A stretch of 64,000 bases of DNA from Minisyncoccota bacterium. GTDB lineage: Bacteria > Patescibacteriota > Minisyncoccia > Phycocordibacterales > CSBR16-119. Shown here in pieces: positions 1 to 10,083 of the stretch (positions within the stretch are counted from its first letter, which is position 1; the number at the start of each line of letters is the position of its first letter). The stretch is from contig JAWKSO010000004.1 in the NCBI GenBank assembly GCA_041389105.1, forward strand, positions 20,652-84,651, given 5' to 3'. The notes under the pieces are model-generated. The model ran no database searches and was not told the origin of the DNA. It saw only the letters and a list, made by a program, of their open reading frames with translations. The translations under genes were made by a program, and so were the position numbers.

Positions 1-396
1 AACAGCAGATAGTAGTTCGAACGCCTTGTTCTCTGTACTATTTCCCTTTACCTGAGATCCAACATGCCGAACAACGAACCTTTCGCAAGCCTTGCGGAAA
101 TCTCGTTCGTGTCTTGAAATACTAACCCTAAAAACAACCGTACGGTTTGATTGGTCCAAGGATTCTTCTCGCAACTCTGGAATGTGCCATTTATTTTTAT
201 TTGACCTTGTAAAAGTAAAATACGAATTTCTCTATACCAGCAATTGGTTCATCGAAATCAACGTTGCATTGTTTATAATATCTGGGCCCTCTTCAAATGA
301 AATAGAGCTCAGATGACTGAACACACGTTCGAAGTTTTCGAGTTTTTCATTTGAACAGTTTTATCAACCATACCAGTAAAAATATTATACGTCAAT

Positions 397-941
397 CTAA
401 ATCTGCATTAACTTCTCATAAACCAAAAAAAGTGGTTTTTGGCATTCGCGAGCGCAGTGTGGGCTCTTTCATTTTTAATTCCAAAATATTCACAAAGCTT
501 TTGAAGTCGGAATTTTTCTACTTGAGGATTGGCGTGGAGTCAGTACGCGCGACCGAGATTGTATCTATTTTGGGATAAAACATTTTATTTTCTATTCCTG
601 TTTTTTTGAAAGCGTGATCGATAAAAGAATAGTCAAAGGTCAGATTATGCAGCAAAAATAGCACCCTGTTTTATTAGAGAAAATAGTCATTGCTTCTTTT
701 AAAGTATTAGCGAAAATCCACTGACTTGGATCATAGCCATTTACTTTTTAAAGCTTGAGGGTCTGCGTCTTCTATTCTTTCTGGTTTTATTTTTAGTTCT
801 ATTTCTTCTAGAATTTCAAACTTTTTTACCTTCTGTGCCAAGTTGTTTTACAATCACGATACCTATTTCTATCATCTCGTGTTTGTCTGGATCAAAACCT
901 GTTGTTTCTATGTCTACAAATGCTAAATTATGTTTTTTCAT
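397..941 (-). pseudogene. DEDD-family 3'-5' exonuclease (DnaQ/Pol III epsilon-like), frameshifted
   Basis: Minus-strand translation starts MKKHNLAFVDIETTGFDPDKHEMIEIGIV (Exo I D-x-E motif). It ends ...ERAHTALANAK..EKLMQI* (Exo III-like). Several frame changes are needed. Confidence 0.6.
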
Positions 942-961
942 TTTATCTTAAGTAATTATTT

Positions 962-1935
962 TTATTTTGAATATGTCCGTCGTGATCTGTCGGCTAATAC
1001 ACCTTGACCTGAATTACTGTGAAGATAAAAAAGATAAGGCGAAGAAACAGGATAGAGCGCGGCTCGTATGGCTTTTATACTTGGAGAACCGATTGGTCCT
1101 GGTGGTAAGCCATAATTTTTATAAGTATTATAATCATGCTCCATTGAAAGATCTGGATTTTGTTAATTTAGAAGATGGTTTTCCTGTTAGTGTATTTTAA
1201 TGTTACATCGACTTGAAGTCTCATTTTTATATTTATTCTTTTCCATAAAATCCCAGAAATGGTTTGTTGTTCACTGTAAATATTGTAAGCCTCTTTTGAA
1301 TAATAGAAGCCATGTTTACAATTTCTGACAATGTTTTGGCCAGATTTTTCTATATATCAGATAAAAGTGGCGACTTTTATATCGAAGTTGGTTAACATTT
1401 TATCTACAACATCCGCCGTCTTTACAGTTTCAAAAAATATATATGTGTCTGGAAAAAGATAACCTTCTAAATCTTTTGTTAAAGTAAGAAAATCTCTTTC
1501 GTTGAAGTTTTCAAATTTAGCGCTAAAGATTTTAGATATTTCTTCTCTTGTAGACCCTTCAGGAATCGTAACACGAACAAGATCTATTCCGTGTATGCCG
1601 TTTATAATCCTATGAGCGACTTCAAACACGGTCAAAGGTCTTTCGAAAGAATATTCTCCAGCGACAATACTTTTGTCTCCGCCAAAAATTATCACAAAAG
1701 CGTCTAAAGTCCTTGGGAATTTAATAACTCCTTTTTCTTTCAATGTTTGAGATACTTTTATTAAACTACTTCCTTTTTCTATTTCGATAACTTCGTTTTT
1801 AGGGAAATTAGCTGGCGGCGCAAAAAAAACTCCGAAAGCCAAAACGACAACCAAAAACAAAAAAACCACTACAACAAAAATCTTTTGTCTGGAAGATATT
1901 TTATTTTCTGGTTTTTTATAAGTAAAGTTGTTCAT
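962..1935 (-). pseudogene. mltG: endolytic murein transglycosylase MltG (YceG-like), frameshifted
   Basis: ORF 1357..1935 gives a TM anchor plus YceG-like N-domain. ORF 962..1144 has YNTYKNYGLPPGPIGSPSIKAIRAAL. The middle reads ISGILWKRINIKMRLQVDVTLKY in another frame. Confidence 0.8.
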
Positions 1936-1937
1936 AA

Positions 1938-3181
1938 TTAAATTGGTAGATTTGTCGGAGGTTCTGATTTGTTAGATTCTATTCTACCAAGACTTGGAGT
2001 TTCGGAAACCCGACCAGGAAAGTGAAAGACTGTCGCCAACTCTTCAGATGTTAGCACAAAGTGAGGTCTGACATAAGGTGGATAAAACCAAGATCTTTCA
2101 GCATAAGCATCTAGCATTTCTCGCTTTTTTTGAACTCTTTTGACACCACTTCTGTCTTGCCAAGGATATTCGAAATCTGTAACGTTTGTCGGCGCAAAAC
2201 CATTTAAAGAAAAAGAATTGTATTGCTTCATCATTCCTGTAAGTCCGGCAATATTTATTCCGTCAAAATTATCTTTTGGTGCTAAATAAATAGCCCTCAT
2301 TCCACAATCGAAACCTTGCTTATCTAAAGTCCTAGCTATTGCAGCCATCGTCTTTTTATCTTCTTCTGTCATCGCCAGTCTTTTAAACTGGTCGCCTTCG
2401 CTTGGTTCGAATTTCTTCCTCATTTCTTCTAATACTTTTTGATTTTGCACGATAATCATCATAACCACCCATTAACCCACCTTTTCTATAAGTCCATTTT
2501 TGAAACCCTTACAATTATCTGGAACAGATTTGCTCTTTAGGACCTATCTCCATCCATTCTATCATCGGTGTTATTGGGTCTATTCTTTCGTTTTCTTCAG
2601 TAGAGCCGACAGCTTTGTCTAATCCATAATCTGTGTAGGTTTTAATAGGATACGCATCTTCTTTTGTTAGTTTAAATTCTGTGCCCCAAAGAGCCCATTC
2701 TTGCTTATGATGTCTTTAATAGCTTCTCGTAATCCTCAACTTCAAAAATTTCGCTTCGGATATTGAGCGTAGATCTGTGATTCAATAACCCGACGGAAAT
2801 TCACAGGAGTTCTAATAAGAAAATGTATTTCACCACCCAAAGAAACTATTTCAAAGAGAACCAATTAAGAACTCTTCCTTGCCAATATTTTGATAATTAT
2901 TTCCTCCACCACCTTGAGAAAGCGCGTTTGAAAGAGCCAGCTCCATAGCGGCAGGAATTTGGAAAACTCTTTTGGAACACGGATTCGAGTAAAACCCATT
3001 TCACACTAGAAAGCCAATCTTCTCTGACATAATTTACCCAAAGTCTCCAACCCAAAATAACCAAAACCAAAGGAAGCCAAAAACCAGCTGTCTTTGCAAT
3101 AATACTGAATGTTTTGAAATGTTGTAAGAAAGATTTGTGTTTCCATTTATTATATAATACTAAACTTGGTTTGTATTTCAT
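1938..3181 (-). pseudogene. conserved membrane protein of unknown function, frameshifted
   Basis: ORF 2897..3184 has two TM helices followed by WVLLE. ORF 1938..2468 ends ...LTSEELATVFHFPGRVSETP. The middle is readable only after frame changes. TGATGA start/stop overlap with the upstream gene. Confidence 0.4.
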
Positions 3182-3679
3182 CAACTTTCCGGAAGTGTAA
3201 TCTTCAGGAACACGAAGCGTTTTTTCGATAACTCAAAATTTTCAAAAACAAATTCAACTTCACCTTCTTTTTATCGGTAAATCGTTTATTGTCAGGATTA
3301 AATTGTGAGAAACAGGAGAATTATTTAGGGCTTTTATTCACCAGATAAGGTCGGCCAATGAGTTTCTTTTCATTGTCAAAATTTTTAAAACAGCAACATA
3401 ATTTAAATAAGGATCCCAACCGCAACCACTAACATATCCTGAAATATTTAATGGATAAGAAACCTCTGAACCGATAGCTGGACTCGTGACAGAAATACCA
3501 CAATAAAGTTCGTTTGTGTCGACGGAGACAACTGGCACAGAACTCTTTTCATCTATCTTTGAATTTGTAAAAATAAAAAGCAAAAATCCAAACAAAATAA
3601 CCACCAAAAGTGTAAGGAAAAGCTCGATGGTTATTAGTGTTTTTTTCACCCTTTTATTATACAACAAAATTCCCCACAA
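3181..3679 (-). pseudogene. membrane-anchored Gmad2 Ig-like domain protein, frameshifted
   Basis: TM anchor, then ISVTSPAIGSEVSYPLNISGYVSGCGW, typical of Gmad2 domains. The C-terminal part continues in other frames to the TGA at 3181. Confidence 0.45.
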
Positions 3680-3703
3680 AGCTGTGGGGAATTTTTGTTT
3701 TAG

Positions 3704-4735
3704 TTATTTAGCAACTGTGTATTTTCCGTCTGCTAATTTTTTAAAGTATTTTGAGTTTTGTAGGTTTACTAAAATAGTATTTCTCTTTAAGAATCTTTCT
3801 TTTAGAACAGCGTCTACAATTTCGTCTTTTTTCATTGGTCCGTTTGCAAGTAAGATCTCTTTGATTACGTCTCTTACGATTCCTGGTTTATATCCCCATT
3901 CTCGAAGAGCATATTTCCCACGACCAACCAACACAAATCTTGGATCTTTTATAAGTTCGTTGTGAGTTGTAGCAGCTAAAGTTTTTCTTCCGAAAGTTTT
4001 AGTTATGGCTTCTGCTACTTCTTTGAAGTGCATAGGTTCTCCGTGTTTTCTCAAAACCAAAAAAGTATAATCCTTTACACCTCTTGTTTTTACGTTTTTA
4101 GATTCTGCTCTTCCCCATTCGTTTAGAGGATTCTTAGCAACTTTCTTTGAAAGTCTAAGCCATCTTCGCAAAATCTCTTCGTCTCGGTGTTCTTCAGATA
4201 AATCTTTTATGTTTTTCAAAAATCTGTTTATCATTTCGCCTTCGACAACAAGTTCGTCTGTGCTTAGAGATTTGTAAAGACTTCTAAGGGCGTCGTGAAT
4301 CTTGTCTACGACTTGATGTTCGACAACCCATCGAGTTTTGAATTGGTCATCTTCTTTGTGTTGAGTAAATGCATCACCCAAAACCAAATAAAAGTTTATG
4401 TGGTTTTGAATAGATTCATCGTCAGAAATATGAGAAAGAAATTCATCTTCATGAACAACAGAACCAAGAGAATGCATTAATTCTTTAAGTTCCTCAAAAA
4501 CCTGTTCTTCTGACTTCATAACATCTGATTTTCGAATAGACGAAAGAGCGGCATTTTCTATTTGCCTTACTCTCTCTCGTGTTATTCCGTACTTTTGTCC
4601 AATAGCTTCAAGAGTTTTTCTCTTTGTATCATCTCCTAGGCCGTATCGATTTGAAATAATATCAAGCGATCGGTCTTTCAAGACAGATAGAAGCTTTTTG
4701 CTTACGTGCTTTGGTCTAAATGAAATAATTGCCAT
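3704..4735 (-). CDS. sigma-70 region-4-like HTH protein with C-terminal HARE-HTH-like domain
   Basis: Intact 343-aa ORF. N-terminus LSVLKDRSLDIISNRYGLGDDTKRKTLEAIGQKYGITRERVRQIENAAL resembles sigma region 4. C-terminus MHFKEVAEAI...VLVGRGKYALREWGY. Confidence 0.55.
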   Translation of the reverse strand: MAIISFRPKHVSKKLLSVLKDRSLDIISNRYGLGDDTKRKTLEAIGQKYGITRERVRQIENAALSSIRKSDVMKSEEQVFEELKELMHSLGSVVHEDEFLSHISDDESIQNHINFYLVLGDAFTQHKEDDQFKTRWVVEHQVVDKIHDALRSLYKSLSTDELVVEGEMINRFLKNIKDLSEEHRDEEILRRWLRLSKKVAKNPLNEWGRAESKNVKTRGVKDYTFLVLRKHGEPMHFKEVAEAITKTFGRKTLAATTHNELIKDPRFVLVGRGKYALREWGYKPGIVRDVIKEILLANGPMKKDEIVDAVLKERFLKRNTILVNLQNSKYFKKLADGKYTVAK

Positions 4736-4810
4736 AACTAATTAACTTTTACTATAAAGTTAAATTATTCTATCATCAATACAATTTTATGTCAAATGTT
4801 TTTGGGAAAT

Positions 4811-5893
4811 CTAAAAAAGCTTCACAATATCTCGGAAAGTTATGAAAATCATGAGAACTATCAAGATAAGAAAACCGATTGAGTTTAAGGTGTTCGCAAC
4901 CTTTGGAGAAATAGGTCCGCCTTTTATTTTCTCGATAATCAAGAAGAGGATTCTTCCCCCGTCGAGAGCTGGAAATGGTATTAAGTTTATAACTCCAAGG
5001 TTCACAGAAATAAGAGCGATGAACATCAGAAGATATACAATCCCAAGACTACTCGCATCCCCAACAAGAGAAACTATCCCTACTGGACCTGTAAGGTTTG
5101 AGACATCTGCTTGTCCACGAAACGCATCAACAATAAAGATTTCCGAGTCCGAAAGTGATTTGGTAAATCATCTCTCCAGTAACTTTTAAAACTCTCTAAT
5201 ATTGCTTTGAAAAAAGGTGGTTTGTAAATCCCGACAGATTGAATACCAACACCTATCGCTGGTTTTTCGTTTACCATAAAGTCACCAATCAAAATTTCTT
5301 TTTCAGAGTTTCTCCATCTTCTTTCTAGAACGATATTTAAAGCTTTTATTGTTTGAATTAGATAAAGAGTAATCAATATCTTGAATTGATCCGTATTCAA
5401 CTCCTTCAAATTCTACTTTCTTTATAGAGTCTCCCACCATTACCTTTGAGATTTCCCGCTGGTGAATCATTCAAAACTTCTGTGACCAAACCTTTATTCA
5501 GAAATATATTTTCGTTGTTTGTGTCGACAGCAGAAGGAAGTCCGATAAACAAAGTCGCTAAAACAATAATCCAAGCGAAAAGGAAGTTAAAAAGCGGACC
5601 AGCAAACATCACAGTGGCTTGAGCAAATCTTGATTTACTTGTAAGAGCGACAGCTCTGTTTTCGCCGTTTAAAGATTCGTGTTTGGATCTTCTCGAAAAA
5701 TTTTGCAAACTCAAAGGAACCCAGTTTAAAGTAAAAAAGAGTTCCTTTTCTCTTAAAAGAACTTTGCGCGTGAGAGGATAACCAAGACCAAATTCATCAA
5801 CCTGATTCCCCATTTTAGCAACAATAATAAAATGCCCGTATTCGTGAAATTATCAAAACTGCCAATATTAAAATAAAAATTATGACAGAACAT
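4811..5893 (-). pseudogene. rseP: RIP site-2 metalloprotease RseP (M50), frameshifted
   Basis: FHEYGHFIIVAKMG (HExxH motif) near 5830. C-terminal ORF 4811..5026 has NLIPFPALDGGRILF. Several frame changes. Confidence 0.8.
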
Positions 5894-5920
5894 TTATCCA
5901 AAACGATAGCTTCTTTTTTG

Positions 5921-6446
5921 CTAAATATTTCTTCCTAAGTCTTTGTTGGATTCGTCGACTATTCTTTTGACTTCTGCTTTTGCAAATTTGATGTCATCTT
6001 CTTGACATTCCACCTTCGCCTTCTTTGCGTCGATATCTTTCATTGCTGATTCTCTTTTTTTCGCACGGAAACTCTAGCGTCTTCTAGTTTACCTTTTAAG
6101 ACTTTTACTAGTTTTTTTTCTCGTGTTTCTCCTGTGAGTTGAGGGAAAATAACTCGAAGTCCTGCGTCGTCTGTCGCCACAGAAAGACCGATGTCAGATG
6201 TGATAATAGAGTTTTCGACTTCTTTAAGCTGGCTTTTGTCCCAAGGAACGACTCGAAGAGTTTTAGGATCTTCAATAGAAATAGATGCAATATTTTAATA
6301 GGCTGACGTGTTCCATAAGAACTGACAGTAATACCATCTAAAACAGAAGGGTTTGCTTGACCTGTGTGTAAAGAAGAATATTCTCTTTTAAGCCATTCAG
6401 AGACTTTTACCAAAGCCTCTTTTAGTTGTGTTGTGTTGTATGCCAT
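5921..6446 (-). pseudogene. frr: ribosome recycling factor, frameshifted
   Basis: MAYNTTQLKEALVKVSEWLKREYSSLHTGQANPSVLDGITVSSYG, then frame-shifted WDKS/LGL-type and coiled-coil regions. Length fits ~175 aa. Confidence 0.8.
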
Positions 6447-6485
6447 ATGTAAACATTCTATCAGAAAAGAAGATTTTAAAAGAAT

Positions 6486-6510
6486 AGCCCGGCTCGCTAC
6501 GCTCGCCGGG
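6486..6510. repeat. REP-like GC hairpin, copy 1 (inverted relative to copy 2)
   Basis: AGCCCGGCTCGCTACGCTCGCCGGG. Its reverse complement matches 7108..7134 except for 3 positions. Confidence 0.8.
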
Positions 6511-6587
6511 ATTAAACTCCACACATAACCCTAAACGAAAAGCCACCTGAACGCCGGATGGCTTTCGAGTGGGTTGTACACGCTTCG

Positions 6588-7020
6588 CTAGGAAGCGGGT
6601 TGGCTTTGTGCTTCGGGTTCTTTTTTGACGGCTTTGAATTCATCAGAGAGACCATCAATGAGACCCACGATGAGACACGTGATGAGACCTAGTGAGGCCC
6701 CCGGTGAGACCCAAGATGAGATCCAAGATGAGACCAAAGATGATACATGAGACCTGTAGTGAGGCCCCCATGAGACCATTATCCTCATAGATTTCAGTGG
6801 TCTTTTGGCGAAGATCATCACGATGCTACGGCCGCCGCACACCAGACGTATGCCAAGATAAGCGCGGGAATGAGCCATACATACTCATTGCAACGTTTCT
6901 TTCTTTCTCGGCAAGTTGTCGCCGATGTGATAAGACTGCATCCGAAAAATACAAGGACCGAGGTGATCACCACCATCGCTAGCGCCCGGTAAGGGCTTTT
7001 GACGAATTTTCGAGGCTCAT
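6588..7020 (-). pseudogene. small membrane protein with GLI/glycine-zipper-like repeats, frameshifted
   Basis: N-terminal frame gives two TM helices (AMVVITSVLVFFGCSLI, YVWLIPALILAYVW). The C-terminal part reads GLILDLILGLTGGL / GLITCLIVGLIDGL in different frames over a GATGAGACC-type DNA repeat. Confidence 0.35.
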
Positions 7021-7107
7021 GGTTGGTTGTGTTGTGTCAGGAAAACCCAACGATGGAACGATTTGATTCTGGTGTAATTTAGCATATTTAATGTGTTTTG
7101 TCAAGTA

Positions 7108-7134
7108 AGCCCGGCGAGCACAGCGAGCCGGGCT
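7108..7134. repeat. REP-like GC hairpin, copy 2
   Basis: AGCCCGGCGAGCACAGCGAGCCGGGCT, i.e. GCCCG + GCGAGC-ACA-GCGAGC + CGGGC. Followed by ATGTCCTAAAT, as for copy 3. Confidence 0.8.
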
Positions 7135-7149
7135 ATGTCCTAAATACAA

Positions 7150-7180
7150 GAACAGCCCCGCCCGAAGGGCGGGGCTGTTC
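7150..7180. terminator. bidirectional intrinsic terminator
   Basis: GAACAGCCCCGCCC-GAA-GGGCGGGGCTGTTC: perfect 14-bp stem overlapping the stop of the holB-like gene. Confidence 0.7.
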
Positions 7181-7853
7181 TATTTACACCTAAAAGTCAA
7201 CGCCAGCGTCTCCAAAAGATTTTTTACCGAAGCGCCTTGGTCGTGAATATAATCTTTCACTTTCCAAAGAGTTTCTAAATCAAACTTACTTTTATCTTCT
7301 AATTTTGAAATTTTAAATTCTATTTCGTTTAAAAAAGAAACAACGTAAACCTTAAGCGGAGTACTTGTTTCCTCCTTATCAAACTCTTTCAGAATTTTAG
7401 AAACCATCGCAAGTCTTTCTTCTTTGTCAGCTTTTAAAAATTGCTCTGCTCTTTTTTGCAAATCCAGATTTTCTTCATTCTCTTCCCTGTTTAAAATAAA
7501 AGTCTAGATTTTAAGGTCGGAAGCAAAACAGAAACAACAGGAGTAATCAAGAAAAAATGAACATCCTTCGCTGGCTCTTCAAAAACTTTTTAAAGCGCGT
7601 GCTGTGACTGATGCGACAAATATCTGTGACGATGAGTATTATTTTTTTGTCACCTTTGACAGCGCGCTCGACTGAAAACTTTTTATTTCTTCAGCGTCGT
7701 CTATCGTAAAAGTCTCTGCAGTCTTTATAAAAAATCTGGATTGCCAGACGCGACAAATCCAAGCTCTTCTAAATATTTTAGAAAGTTTGGCAAGATACTG
7801 TATCAGACGAAAAGTATTTGTGATGAAGATTTTTCTTTTTCTAATTTAAACAT
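7180..7853 (-). pseudogene. holB: DNA polymerase III delta-prime-like protein (short form), frameshifted
   Basis: After frame corrections: SGNPDFLIKTAETFTIDDAEEIK ... AQNALLKVFEEPAKDVHFFLITPVVSVLLPTLKSR. ORF 7180..7461 is the C-terminal part. Confidence 0.5.
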
Positions 7854-7855
7854 TT

Positions 7856-8853
7856 TTAACGTTTAGTTATAATCGAACGTTTGTATGTGTCTAAGTGCTC
7901 AAGGCAATACCTGTCCCTTTCACAACACAGAAAAAGCGGGTCTTCATAGACGAGCCTTCTCCTGTTCTTCGATAAACGAGTTCTGGTAGATTTCGGAGCA
8001 TCGAAGATCCTCCTGTTTATACCTTTGGTCGATAATATCACTTGCTAGTTCTGCGGAGTTTCTTGAAGAACATCTTTTATCGCTTTTTATTATAAGCTTC
8101 AACTCTTTGTCGATAGCTGTGACTATTTCGTTTGTTGTGATGCGTGCTGTCCGTGGTAAACCTTGAACAAAGTCACGACCTTTATTGTCGCCACCAAAGG
8201 ATCTTCCATTAAAATAGCTGAACCGATTTTTTATTTCACCTGTTCTGCTGTCCTGGTCACCAATAGCGAGGTTAAAAGTTTTTTTAATATAATCCGCAAT
8301 AGCGTGATCTATTTTGTTTCCTGTCAATTTTACAGGTTGGCAGCCACGATACCTCCAAGAGAAATCACTGCGACGTCTGTCGTACCACCACCAATGTCTA
8401 CCACCATATGACCTTTTGATTCATGAATGGGAATACCTGCGCCGATAGCAGCCAAGATAGGTTCTTTCACCACGTAAGCATTTTTTGCTCCAGCTTTTAT
8501 CGCAGCTTCAACCACCGCTCGGCGCTCTGTCGAAGTCACTCCAGCTGGCACAGAAATCATAACTTCTGGTTTGATTAAACTAAAATTTCCTAAAGCTTTG
8601 TTCATAAAATATCGAAGCATAGCTTCTGTCACACGATAGTCTGCGATAACTCCATCTTTCATCGGACGATAAGCGATAATATTTTCTGGTGTTCTTCCGA
8701 TCATTTGTTTTGCTTCAATTCCGATAGCTAAAATTCTGTTGTCTTGTTCGAAAGGTCACTGCTGGCTCGTTTAGGACTATTCCTTTCCAGGAACAAAACA
8801 AGCGTATTTGCCGTCCCAAGGTCTATCCCAAGTTTTTTATTGAAAAATCCCAT
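7856..8853 (-). pseudogene. mreB: rod-shape protein MreB, frameshifted
   Basis: MGFFNKKLGIDLGTANT at the start. ORF 8330..8704 contains VVDIGGGTTDVAVISLGGIV. ORF 7944..8327 contains KIDHAIADYIKKTFNLAIGDQ. The end reads DPLxCVVKGTGIALEHLD in another frame. Confidence 0.85.
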
Positions 8854-8893
8854 AAGTAGAGGGATTATAGCATTTTAAAAAAATACGAACACA

Positions 8894-9085
8894 TTGACAT
8901 TAAACAAGATTAACATTTTACTCAGAAACCAAAAGTACACCATGAAAGAACTCACGGCAGACGAACAACTCTCAACCAAAGCACTTTACGAATTCTTCAC
9001 CACAGACTCTCTACTCAATTTTGAAAGGGTAAACACCGACAAAAAAGAAGAGTATCGGGAGACTGATGAACAAAACAGATGGTAA
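8894..9085 (+). CDS. hypothetical protein (probably starts at 8942 and continues to ~9270 after a frameshift)
   Basis: ORF only. The downstream frame GKPVILTFEESDKLGITKEPLEIILFVDIRVAKW runs up to the terminator at 9275. Confidence 0.25.
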   Translation: MTLNKINILLRNQKYTMKELTADEQLSTKALYEFFTTDSLLNFERVNTDKKEEYRETDEQNRW

Positions 9086-9274
9086 GCCTGTGATTCTTAC
9101 TTTTGAGGAGTCAGATAAGCTTGGTATTACCAAAGAGCCCCTAGAGATTATTCTTTTTGTTGATATCAGGGTTGCAAAGTGGCTCGTTTTGTATCATTTT
9201 TCATCTCCATAAGAACATTGCTATCCGGTTTTGTTCAGATCATCGAGGAAGGTTCAACTTTTCGAACATGTTAA

Positions 9275-9305
9275 GCACCCCGATTAGTCGGGGTGTTTAT
9301 TTTTT
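9275..9305 (+). terminator. intrinsic terminator
   Basis: CACCCCG-ATTAGT-CGGGGTG followed by a T-run. Confidence 0.5.
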
Positions 9306-9378
9306 ATTTCTTAAAATTATGCTTTTTTAATATCTGGTCCGTTTTCTGTTTTGAATTTTTCGAATTCTTCTATATTTT

Positions 9379-10037
9379 TTATTTTAGCACTTTAAATTTT
9401 ACACAGTTGTCACAGCCCAAAACACGCGCTGGATCCACCACGATAATCTGACCTTTTTCATTTCTAAACTCAATCTGCAAATGAAGATGAACATGAATTC
9501 CCTCTGAAATACCCGTGCTCCCCATCAGACCGATTTCCTTTTCTTTTAATAGGAATACTTGGATAATGATTAAAACTTATCTGACGAAGCATTTTTTGAT
9601 AGGAATTGAATTTCACTAAAGGTTGCTTTAGATGCATATATAGGAATACATTTTAAAACCATCTTCTGTGATAATCTCTGGATGAAAGAAAAACATAGTG
9701 TCCGTTTACGTGACCAAAAACCAGAATATTCTAACACCCCATCTAAAATAGGTTTGATTGGAGTTTTTGATTTATCGCTCACGTCAAGCCCAAGATGAAA
9801 ATAATCTTTTAGTTTAACTGGGTGAAATCGAAAACCAAAGTTTCCAAAATATGGATTTATTTTTTAGTAAAATCGAAACTGGTGCAGAAAAATTAAAATG
9901 CGTTCTTAAAGTTTCGTAGAACGCTTCCCAAATTCATTGTATTCTTCGTCCGAACCATGTGTTTGTCTTTTCCTGAATCGGCCCCCGGTCTTTTTTTCCA
10001 TATCTAAAATGGCCCGTCATCGAGTAAATTTTAACAT
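9379..10037 (-). pseudogene. M23 family metallopeptidase, frameshifted
   Basis: FGFRFHPVKLKDYFHLGLDV ... PILDGVLEYSGF ... LIGLMGSTGISEGIHVHLHLQIEFRNEKGQIIVVDP (the HxGxD and G.TG.S.G.HLH motifs of LytM/M23). Confidence 0.7.
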
Positions 10038-10083
10038 ACTGTCAATCTATTTAAAACACACTCTTTAGTGCTAAGATGGATAT

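Larger units (their letters stand above)
6486..7134. mobile_element. inverted-repeat-bounded G+C-rich cassette (no mobility gene)
   Basis: About 650 bp of visibly higher G+C, bounded by ~27-nt inverted copies of the GCCCGG..GCGAGC hairpin motif. Sits between frr and the holB-like gene. Confidence 0.35.

Noticed and set aside
1-396. Open stretches on the minus strand (for example KLENFERVFSHLSSISFEEGPDIINNATLISMNQLL; WHIPELREESLDQSNRTVVFRVSISRHERDF) that might be a frameshifted gene running off the window.
   Set aside because: No recognisable motif, at least three frame changes needed, and the piece is truncated by the window edge. Not enough support to call a feature.
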